Assembly (NCBI GenBank): GCA_038882715.1
Contig: JAVZNR010000001.1
Span: forward strand, 14,313 to 78,312
DNA: 64,000 nt
Direction of reading: 5' to 3'
DNA from: Candidatus Bathyarchaeia archaeon
GTDB taxonomy: Archaea; Thermoproteota; Bathyarchaeia; Bathyarchaeales; DTEX01
The translations under genes and the position numbers were made by a program. The notes below the pieces were generated by a model. It was given only the letters and a program-made list of their open reading frames with translations, searched no databases and had not been told where the DNA came from. Shown one piece after another: positions 36,602-44,311 of this stretch. Positions within the stretch are counted from its first letter, which is position 1. Each line of letters begins with the position of its first letter.

Positions 36602-38096
36602 ATGTCTGGCCGATGTTCCTGATGGCGCGGCAGTCTGTCCTAAATGCGGGGGAACCGTTTTCTCTGGCTCTGAAAGCGGGGAGCCTCTCCGTAATGTTGT
36701 GCAGCTTTACAGCACCCCCCTCCCCTTTTATGTTAAGGCAAAGACACCTATTGTTGTTAATGGCGAGTTAAAAGGATTCGAGGTTGAATGGAAACTATTC
36801 CGCGCGCGCCTACAGTTGAATGCCCCAAGCATATTTCTCTGGGACCGGGACGGCTACCTGCCCGGGAAGCAGGAAGCAGCCCTCCACCTCGTTGAAGGAG
36901 AGGACCTAATGCAGATTCTTCAGACTTTACCAAAGAAGAAAATAGAGGAAATATTAAGGGTTTTACGGGAAGAATGGGGCGTTGTAGCTGATGACAAGAA
37001 TAATCCTATTGAAGTTATAGCATCCTATCCCCTCTTCTTCCAGCCGGTTCCAAAGCTCCGTGATCCAAGCATTTTGGAACGCATGGACTGGCGAGAATAT
37101 ATTTATCGTCTCGCCTGCCCCAAGCCTGGGAAGGATGAAACTTTAATAAAGGTTCACCTAGCGAAAATCCTGCAGCCGTTAGCGATGCAGTATGCCCCGC
37201 ATAGCATTGAAGTTACTAATTCAGGCACCGGGAAAACTCGGTTCTATGATGCCGCGGGCATCAAGATTGACAAGGCTACGAGGCGGGCTGTTTTAGGCTT
37301 CGCGAAAAGCCCCACGGAAGTTTATCCCGGAACCGTGCATGGCTCCACTTTGCCTACAGCCTTCGATCAGATTGAAGCGCAAGATAGTCTTGAACTGGCG
37401 AAATATATGCTCGATTTGATGGAAATTGGACGTGCTTTAGTGGATTCTGGCGGCGTCAGGTTTGTTGTTGAAACCGGTTCCAGCTTCGCATACCTAGGGA
37501 ACCCGATCGCTAAAGATGCTAAGGCGGTGGAGGGCTTCAAAACGCTTCTAACCCATATTTGTGCTAACCCAGCTATGGGCCGGAGATTCGGACTAATCAT
37601 CTTCTCAACCAATCTTAAGGCAATTCAGGGGCAGGCGCGGATGACCCTCAAAGAGCTGGAAGAATGGAAAAGAAGTTTTGTTTTGTTCCGTGCTGTGGAG
37701 GAATACGCCCAGCCCAGGCTCAGGCGCTTGATACGTGATCCAAAGGTTGCGGAGTGGCTTCACCAGCCGATCAAAGGCTATAGGGAAACAATTTATATCA
37801 TTGCAGGTAGTTTCCGGGTGATGGATAGTTTTTCTATCCATCTATTTGAGGAGCTTCTCGAATGCCTTGCGTATCTCGCTTATCTGCCTCTTTATCTCAG
37901 TTATTTCGTCTCTAAGAGACTTGTTCTCTTCCTCAAGCTGGCTTATCCGCTCCCTTGCCTCATGGTTCATTATTTTAACGGCTGGGACCTCTTTGAGGAA
38001 AGTTACGGTTGGCAGGACCTTGAGGTATTCGCTTCTCAGCCACTCAATGTTGCTTATGCAGAAGTCGTAGAGGCTTTCAACCCCAAACTTCGTTAG
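36588..38096 (+). CDS. Divergent MCM/BrxL-like AAA+ ATPase (putative replicative helicase) with N-terminal Zn ribbon; probably 3'-truncated near 37810
   Basis: CxxC/CxxC N-terminus; Walker A TNSGTGKT; Walker B AFDQIE; LMEIGRALVDSGGVRFVVETGSSFAYLGNP (PS1 hairpin/sensor 1); Arg finger GRRFGLIIF. Confidence 0.7.
   Translation: MKCLRCLADVPDGAAVCPKCGGTVFSGSESGEPLRNVVQLYSTPLPFYVKAKTPIVVNGELKGFEVEWKLFRARLQLNAPSIFLWDRDGYLPGKQEAALHLVEGEDLMQILQTLPKKKIEEILRVLREEWGVVADDKNNPIEVIASYPLFFQPVPKLRDPSILERMDWREYIYRLACPKPGKDETLIKVHLAKILQPLAMQYAPHSIEVTNSGTGKTRFYDAAGIKIDKATRRAVLGFAKSPTEVYPGTVHGSTLPTAFDQIEAQDSLELAKYMLDLMEIGRALVDSGGVRFVVETGSSFAYLGNPIAKDAKAVEGFKTLLTHICANPAMGRRFGLIIFSTNLKAIQGQARMTLKELEEWKRSFVLFRAVEEYAQPRLRRLIRDPKVAEWLHQPIKGYRETIYIIAGSFRVMDSFSIHLFEELLECLAYLAYLPLYLSYFVSKRLVLFLKLAYPLPCLMVHYFNGWDLFEESYGWQDLEVFASQPLNVAYAEVVEAFNPKLR
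37820..37842. terminator. Perfect 9-bp hairpin GATGGATAG-TTTTT-CTATCCATC at the integrase stop
   Basis: Inverted repeat seen directly; function inferred. Confidence 0.45.
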
Positions 38097-39047
38097 GCTG
38101 TGGCCCAGAAAAGCTTCGCTCGCCATTCTGTCAACCCCGCTTATGCTACACGCCGTCTTGAAGAACTTCCTCAGGGAGTGGATGCGCGTGTTGTAACGAA
38201 CCGCGTTATTATTCACGCTTTTTCCTCCAGCAACCTTATGGATGCCTTTTATTGGAACCGGCCGCATGTCAAGTCCCGCTTTATTGCATAGCTCACGCCA
38301 AATGTTCTCAAACCTCTTGCCTGTCAGAGCCCGCCCTCCCCTTTCAGCCGCAAAGATAGGTGTTTCAGCCGTTATCTGCTCTCCCCTCCCCTGCCTCATG
38401 ATCAGGTGTGTTCTAATGTAGTCTGCCGCCTCCGCGGAGATGAACGTCACATACGGCTCCCTCTCCTTATTCAGGTTCTCAGGGATCTCGACGGCATAGC
38501 ACGGCAAATCTATGTTGAAGACATCATCCCGAAAATGCTTTAGGCGGAGCCCGAGGCATGTGCTTAACCTGAAGCCTCCGCTCGCCATAGCACATATAAT
38601 CGCCCTCTCCCTAAGCTCAGCCACCTTGAGAAGCCTAACAATCTCCTCTTTACTCACAACATCGCGTTTAAGGAGGGGTTTAACCGAACCGAACTTCCGC
38701 TTAAACTCCCTCGCAATCTCCCTGCTAACCCTATCAACGCCTCGAACTCCATTCTCAACCAGCCAGGCCTTTATGCCTGGAAGCCAACCCCAAGCGCTTT
38801 TGGGAGCCACACGATCCTTAGCCCAGGCAAAGAAGCCGCTAAACTCCTCAACAATCTCATCCTCATTAAGCCTCTTAAAACGCTCAAGAACCTCAGAAGG
38901 CCTGAGACCATAATATTCGCAAAAGAACTTTAAGCCTTTAACATAGTTTTTCGGAGTCTCCCCGCTTAGACTCCTCTTTGAGAGCATAACCTGCACGGTT
39001 GGATCGGAGAGAATATCCTTTATAATTATTTTAGGCTTCTCAGACAT
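37842..39047 (-). CDS. int: Tyrosine recombinase/integrase
   Basis: Catalytic set: SGGFRLS (R), LNK (K), HSLRKFF (HxxR), FLGH, LYD (Y); SAM-like N-terminus; C-terminal coiled coil; next to attR. Confidence 0.93.
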   Translation of the reverse strand: MSEKPKIIIKDILSDPTVQVMLSKRSLSGETPKNYVKGLKFFCEYYGLRPSEVLERFKRLNEDEIVEEFSGFFAWAKDRVAPKSAWGWLPGIKAWLVENGVRGVDRVSREIAREFKRKFGSVKPLLKRDVVSKEEIVRLLKVAELRERAIICAMASGGFRLSTCLGLRLKHFRDDVFNIDLPCYAVEIPENLNKEREPYVTFISAEAADYIRTHLIMRQGRGEQITAETPIFAAERGGRALTGKRFENIWRELCNKAGLDMRPVPIKGIHKVAGGKSVNNNAVRYNTRIHSLRKFFKTACSISGVDRMASEAFLGHSLTKFGVESLYDFCISNIEWLRSEYLKVLPTVTFLKEVPAVKIMNHEARERISQLEEENKSLRDEITEIKRQISEIRKAFEKLLK

Positions 39048-39091
39048 TTCGGATCACAAATAATAATATGGAGAAACATATTTATATATCT

Positions 39092-39106
39092 TACGACCTC
39101 CCGCAA
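39092..39106 (-). repeat. Right inverted arm repeat TACGACCTCCCGCAA
   Basis: Reverse complement matches 34823-34837 at 14/15. Confidence 0.75.
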
Positions 39107-39124
39107 TCCTAATACTTATGGGTA

Positions 39125-39148
39125 GTCGTTCAAATCCCCCGCTACCAT
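39125..39148 (+). repeat. attR core GTCGTTCAAAT[4-nt deletion]CCCCCGCTACCAT
   Basis: Copy of tRNA-iMet 3' end lacking CGAC. Confidence 0.82.
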
Positions 39149-39318
39149 ATAAACTTTTTCGTACAACCGACCGCAACTTTTAGAAAGCCCGTTCCTTTTT
39201 CCCAGATATACTCACAAGCGGGCGCGTTACTTCTACCATGAAATTCATAGGATTTAAATCAACATATATGCCGATCGGAGCAAAATATTTTTAAGCGTGT
39301 TGAGAGAACAAGAGTTGG

Positions 39319-39798
39319 GTGTTGAGGTTGCCTTTTTGTAGGCAGTGTGGGAGAGAGGTTTCTCAGGATGCTAGGTTTTGCCCTTATTGTGGTGCGGATC
39401 AAACCTCTTATGCGTCGCCTTACTCGCCTTCGGTTCAGGCCGGGTTGGAGACTAAGAATACGGGTTTAGCGGCGGTTTTAGCTTTAGTGTTCGGTGTCTT
39501 TGGGCTGTGGGGCGTGGGGCATATATATGTTGGAAAGATAGGTAGAGGATTAGCTATACTTGTGCTAGGCATTATACTTCAATGGGTTCTCGGCTTCTTC
39601 ATATTCTTCGGAATAATATTCGGCGGAATATACGGGGGGCGCCCATTTGGATTATCCCTGTTACTTGGAGGCTTTGCCGGGTTAATTATTTGGGCGCTGG
39701 TAACCATCGCTCTCTTCATTTGGCAGATCTACGACGCATATAAACTAGCTAAATATTATAACGACCATGTTCGACAGCATGGCAAGGCGCCTTGGTAA
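39319..39798 (+). CDS. Zinc-ribbon membrane protein (TM2-like)
   Basis: FCRQCG..FCPYCG, then KNTGLAAVLA..GVGHIYVGKIGRG and TM helices. Confidence 0.75.
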   Translation: MLRLPFCRQCGREVSQDARFCPYCGADQTSYASPYSPSVQAGLETKNTGLAAVLALVFGVFGLWGVGHIYVGKIGRGLAILVLGIILQWVLGFFIFFGIIFGGIYGGRPFGLSLLLGGFAGLIIWALVTIALFIWQIYDAYKLAKYYNDHVRQHGKAPW

Positions 39799-39904
39799 AT
39801 CTGGAGAAAAAGCATGGAGGCGAAACATACTCGTTTTCGAAATAAGGTCTGTTAAGATTATTTAAACCATAATTCTTTTAAATTCCCCTAAAGAATAATG
39901 GTTT

Positions 39905-40099
39905 ATGTCTGAGAAAAGTGGAAATGGGAGTTCGAAGAGAAGGCTTTGGCATTCTGTGTCCGGTGGGGTCTTCCTGATAGGTCTCGCTGTTCTCTTCTAC
40001 GTTGGGTTCTGGCCCTGGATACTTGTATTATTGGGTTTAATGGCGATAATCGAGGGCGTCGGCGAATACTATTCTAGGAAAACTGAGAAGAAAGATTAA
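39905..40099 (+). CDS. Small two-TM membrane protein
   Basis: GVFLIGLAVLFYVGFWPWILVLLG; 64 aa. Confidence 0.65.
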   Translation: MSEKSGNGSSKRRLWHSVSGGVFLIGLAVLFYVGFWPWILVLLGLMAIIEGVGEYYSRKTEKKD

Positions 40100-40175
40100 C
40101 TGGTTTTCTAGGCCTATCAGCCACTCTGTTACATATGCCATAGAAGAGTAGCCTACCCACTAAACGTGTATTTTT

Positions 40176-40378
40176 CGCTGCTTCTAAGCCTAGCTCCTCG
40201 CAGAGCTCATCTGTGCATCTCTTAACCTCTCTCATAACGTCTTTCTTACTAAAATTTTGGAAAGAAGACTCTCACAGAACCTGAATATTTTCTCAGCATA
40301 ATACTTAATTAGCCTCTCAGCCTTCCTACGAGTACATCTTCCTCGTGGCGATGAGGATGGATGAGCATTTGGGTATTA
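40176..40378 (-). pseudogene. Second decayed HEPN-MNT remnant
   Basis: Manual translation: *YPNAHPSSSPRGRCTRRKAERLIKYYAEKIFRFCESLLSKI (HEPN C-terminus), overlapping VRVFFPKF[+1 T]SKKDVMREVKRCTDELCEELGLEAA (MNT N-terminus). Confidence 0.65.
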
Positions 40379-40466
40379 GAAGGGCTAAGTATTCTTCTCT
40401 CAAGGCTTTTAATAATTGATTTTTAGGCGATAGTTTTAAGTCTTCACATGCATCGGTTACTTATGG

Positions 40467-41612
40467 GTGGAAAGGCTTATGGAGATTGTAAGCATGGAGA
40501 CGGTTCTTCTTTCCTGCCCTGTCCCAAAGGAGCAGCAGTTGAATTGGGATGGGGCTGCTTTCGGTCAGAGGGTCATAAAGAACGATATGATGATTATTAA
40601 GCTTAGGAGCGATGAGGGCATCGAGGGCATAGGCGAGCCGAGCGTTTACGGCGACGTAAAATTCATGGATTCTTGGCTAAGGGAGCGTAAATCAATGTTT
40701 ATAGGCAGAGACCCATATGATGCCCTGAAAAACACTCAGCCGCAAGTGTACTATGATTGGCGGGTAAACTGCGCTTTAGCGGGCGTAAACCAAGCCTTAT
40801 GGGATATTATTGGGAAGGCTAATAGGGTGCCTGTCTATAAGCTTCTCGGCGGAAGGCAGACTGATAGAATTATGGTTTATGCCAGCGCGGGACAGCTTGG
40901 AAGAAAACCTGAAGATATAAGGCGGGAAGCCGAGGCTTTCAGGGAGCAGGGTTTCTTGGGCTATAAGTTACGGGTTACTCTTAGCGACTATAGGGAAAAG
41001 GTTAAGGCAGCCAGAGAAGGTCTTGGAAAAGACCTTCACCTAATGGTTGAGTGGAATGAGCGGATACCGAACGCTAGGGTGGCGGCTAACGCCATAAGGA
41101 ACATAGAGAGGTATGAGATCACGTGGATTGAGGAGCCTCTTAGAAAAACGGATATTGAGGGGTACGCTGAGCTGAGGAGGCTCGTTGATACACTAGTATC
41201 TGGCGGAGAAAGCCTGGCAACAAGGTGGGAGTTCAAGGAGAGGCTTGAGAAGGGATGCTACAGCATAGTTCAGCCGGATTGTAATGTTGCGGGCATAAGC
41301 GAGGCGAGAATAATAGCATTGATGGCGAGCCTAGACGAAGTCCTGCTATGCCCCCACAACTGGCACAACGCGATAAACACGGCGGCCAACTTACAGGTTA
41401 TGGCTGCGTCGCCAAACCAGTTCTTCCTAGAAATAAACAAGACTTGGAACAACAGCTGCCCAGAATTCCAACAGGAAATAATAAAAGACCCATTAGTGCC
41501 CAAAAACGGCTACATCGAGGTCCCTGGTAAGCCCGGATTAGGCGTAGAGCTGGATGAGGAGGCGTTGAAAGAGTTCCCGTACCTAGATATTAAGCGCGCG
41601 GAGCCAATATAA
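40467..41612 (+). CDS. Mandelate racemase/muconate lactonizing enzyme family (enolase superfamily)
   Basis: ALWDIIGK, YKLR, WIEEP, GGES, QPD, PHNW, PGLGVELD. Confidence 0.9.
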   Translation: MERLMEIVSMETVLLSCPVPKEQQLNWDGAAFGQRVIKNDMMIIKLRSDEGIEGIGEPSVYGDVKFMDSWLRERKSMFIGRDPYDALKNTQPQVYYDWRVNCALAGVNQALWDIIGKANRVPVYKLLGGRQTDRIMVYASAGQLGRKPEDIRREAEAFREQGFLGYKLRVTLSDYREKVKAAREGLGKDLHLMVEWNERIPNARVAANAIRNIERYEITWIEEPLRKTDIEGYAELRRLVDTLVSGGESLATRWEFKERLEKGCYSIVQPDCNVAGISEARIIALMASLDEVLLCPHNWHNAINTAANLQVMAASPNQFFLEINKTWNNSCPEFQQEIIKDPLVPKNGYIEVPGKPGLGVELDEEALKEFPYLDIKRAEPI

Positions 41613-41643
41613 TGCGGCATGACGCGATAATAGGGGACTATGG

Positions 41644-42681
41644 GTGGCGTATTTTGAGATGCGGAGGCATGTTGTCGGCGTAATTGGGTGCGGATGGGCT
41701 GGCGAAAAACATGTGAAAGCATACTTGGCGTTGAGCAATGTTAGGGTTAAGGCTGTCGCAGACATAGACGAGGAGAAAGCTAGGAGACTGGGCTCATCGA
41801 TAGGCGCATCGTGGCATAGAGATTATCAGCAGATACTAGGGGATCCTGAGATAAACGCTGTGAGCGTCTGCCTGCCGCACTATTTGCATGTTAGGGTTTC
41901 CATAGAAGCTATGGAGGCTGGAAAGCATGTTTTATGCGAGAAGCCTATGGCTACATCGCTGGAGGAGGCGGACGCCATGATAAGGTCGGCTAGGAAGATG
42001 GGAGTCACATTAATGATAGCTGAAAACGTGAGATTCCATTCCTTCAACCTTAAAATGAAGGAGTTGATAGATCAAGGTTTAATTGGGGAAGTCTTCCTGG
42101 CAAGAATATTCAGGGACCATGAGATGCACGATTACCTTAAAAGTAGACCATGGTTCCTAAGCCTAAAGGAGGCGGGCGGCGGAATATGGATCTCCGGCGG
42201 TATCCACGACGTTGATGCATTGAGAATGCTTATTGGCGAGCCGGAGGAGATTAGCCTATTTCAATCTAGAAAAGTTCTTCGAGAGATGGAGGGAGACGAC
42301 ACTGTTGTCGCAGTGCTAAGGTTCAGCGATGGGGCGCTAGGCGTTGTCACGGAGAGCTTCTCAACGAAGATCTTTAGGAGAAGTTCGCCGCTTGGATGCC
42401 CGTCTATAATTAATGGGAGCCTAGGGACAATTGTCTCCACGCCGAATGGATTAGAGGTTTACAGTGAAAACTTGAAGAGCAAAAGCAGGAGTATGGTTAT
42501 GAGAGTAAGGCTGAAGGAGAACGATACTTTCCTCGAGGAGATAAAGCACTTCATAGAGTGCATAGAGCATGGAAAAGAACCTATAACATCGGGTGAAGAA
42601 GAGAGAAAAACATTAGCGGTTATATGCGCAGGCTACGAGTCCCTTAAAAACGGAGGAAAGCCGGTGAAGATAAAATATTAG
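41644..42681 (+). CDS. Gfo/Idh/MocA family oxidoreductase
   Basis: GVIGCGWAG, HVLCEKPMA, GGGIW...GIHDVD. Confidence 0.9.
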   Translation: MAYFEMRRHVVGVIGCGWAGEKHVKAYLALSNVRVKAVADIDEEKARRLGSSIGASWHRDYQQILGDPEINAVSVCLPHYLHVRVSIEAMEAGKHVLCEKPMATSLEEADAMIRSARKMGVTLMIAENVRFHSFNLKMKELIDQGLIGEVFLARIFRDHEMHDYLKSRPWFLSLKEAGGGIWISGGIHDVDALRMLIGEPEEISLFQSRKVLREMEGDDTVVAVLRFSDGALGVVTESFSTKIFRRSSPLGCPSIINGSLGTIVSTPNGLEVYSENLKSKSRSMVMRVRLKENDTFLEEIKHFIECIEHGKEPITSGEEERKTLAVICAGYESLKNGGKPVKIKY

Positions 42682-42808
42682 GCGACTATGTGCGCAGCCA
42701 TGTTATATATCCGTAAACCGGGCTGTTCGGGCTATAGTAGCCTTCGCATTTAATGGAGACTAAGAGTTATAAGGGGATATCGCTGAACTTTGATTTGGGT
42801 GGCATACT

Positions 42809-42997
42809 ATGCCAGTTGTGATAGTTGAGATGTGGGCTGGCAGAACAGAGGAGCAGAAAGCCGCCGTCATAAGGGGTATAACAAAAGCCTTCGAGGAGAT
42901 CGGGATCAAGCCCGAGCATGTTCAAGTGATAATTCATGAGATCCCAAGGAGCAATTGGGGTATAGGCGGGGAACAAGCGTCAAAACTCTTCCCGTAA
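42809..42997 (+). CDS. 4-oxalocrotonate tautomerase family protein
   Basis: Pro-1, GRTEEQKA..I..IT, VQVIIHE....NWGIGG. Confidence 0.92.
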   Translation: MPVVIVEMWAGRTEEQKAAVIRGITKAFEEIGIKPEHVQVIIHEIPRSNWGIGGEQASKLFP

Positions 42998-43123
42998 ACG
43001 AAGCCCTTGATGGCGCCTAAAAATCCCCTCTCCTCCATTTTTTGTGATTAGTATATGGTTAGACCGGAAACACTATATTTTTATCTGTGTTAAGGTGCTC
43101 TTTCAAGTAATCCGTGACCCCCT

Positions 43124-44311
43124 ATGAAGCGCGAAGAGAGCGGTCTGGCGTTAACATTTACTTTAGCCTCATCATTCCTAGTCCAAATGGTTGTTGGGAT
43201 AACTGGGATAATTGTGCCCCTATTCGCCAAGCATATGGGCGCAACGCCGCTGCTCTTAGGTTTCATAGGGGCCGCTGGCGGATTAACATACACCTTCATG
43301 CCGCTCATATCCGGAATGCTATCAGACAAGTTTAAGAGGAAGACTTTCATCACCTTGTCAACACTCCTATACGGGCTATCATGCATATTTTACGCCATGG
43401 CTGAAAACCCACACATACTCATCCCCATAAGGGCCCTAGAATGGTGCTCAATAGCCCTATTCTGGCCGTCCGCCGAAGCATTATTGGCGGAAGTCGGCGG
43501 AAAAAGAATCGATGAAACCCTTGAGAAGTTCAATCTCTCGTGGGGTTCAGCCATGATTGTAGCTCCGATGATCGGCGGCCTACTGGTGAACGCTTTAGGC
43601 GCAGACTCAAAAATACCGTTTATCTCCCTCTCAATCATTTTATTTGCGCTGTCCTGCTCCTCGATTCCAGCGATAAGAGAGGGGAAAGAGAAGCCAATAA
43701 GCCGGGAAAGACGTGGAAAAACTGAGCGGGAGCGGCTGAACGCGCACGTTATAATCGCTGTAATAGCGATTTTCCTTTTCGCTTTCGTCGGCGGAATAAT
43801 ATTTAACCTTTTCCCAGCCTACGCCGTAGACTTAGACGTATCGGCAAGCGAGATCGGGCTGATAATGCTCTTTAATGGTCTGTTTAGGCTGGCAGCATTC
43901 CTGCAGGCATATAGGATAGAGAGTAAAATCGGCGAAGGCCGCATATTTCTCATGGGTTCTGCGGCAATGTCCCTAGCGCTAGCTCTAACAGCCCTAGGAA
44001 GAACGACGCCGGCTTTCTTAGCAGCCCTCTCAATAATGGGCTTCGGCGCCGGAATACTTTACGCGGAATCCATATCAATCATGCTTAAGAACTGGAGGCA
44101 TGCGAGGGGATATGCGGCCGGACTATTTGAGAGCCTCATAGGCACCGGATACTTTTTAGGCTCACTGCTCGGAGGGGTCGTCGCCGACAAATATGCTCCG
44201 AACGCGCCATACATCTTAGGTTTCCTAGCCAGCTTAGCGGTAACCCTAGCGTTAGCTTTAAAGCGACCCCCTAAGAGGGATTCTGGGGCGGAGCGTTTAG
44301 GCCCGGTTTAA
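43124..44311 (+). CDS. MFS transporter
   Basis: About 12 TM segments, GMLSDKFKRK motif A-like loop. Confidence 0.88.
   Translation: MKREESGLALTFTLASSFLVQMVVGITGIIVPLFAKHMGATPLLLGFIGAAGGLTYTFMPLISGMLSDKFKRKTFITLSTLLYGLSCIFYAMAENPHILIPIRALEWCSIALFWPSAEALLAEVGGKRIDETLEKFNLSWGSAMIVAPMIGGLLVNALGADSKIPFISLSIILFALSCSSIPAIREGKEKPISRERRGKTERERLNAHVIIAVIAIFLFAFVGGIIFNLFPAYAVDLDVSASEIGLIMLFNGLFRLAAFLQAYRIESKIGEGRIFLMGSAAMSLALALTALGRTTPAFLAALSIMGFGAGILYAESISIMLKNWRHARGYAAGLFESLIGTGYFLGSLLGGVVADKYAPNAPYILGFLASLAVTLALALKRPPKRDSGAERLGPV

Larger units (their letters stand above)
34790..39148. mobile_element. Integrated element (~4.3 kb) in the 3' end of tRNA-iMet; integrative plasmid/satellite or provirus remnant
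   Basis: Direct repeat of tRNA 3' end at both boundaries, adjacent tyrosine integrase, divergent regulators, MCM-like ATPase. Confidence 0.88.

Noticed and set aside
36588-38096. BREX defence system (BrxL-like ATPase)
   Set aside because: No Lon protease domain and no pglX, pglZ or brxC nearby; the context is a replication module.
37842-39148. SSV1-type split integrase
   Set aside because: The int ORF is complete with all catalytic residues, and the att site lies outside it, upstream of the start.
39233-39240. CTACCATG 8-mer as a third att copy
   Set aside because: Too short to separate from chance without comparative data.
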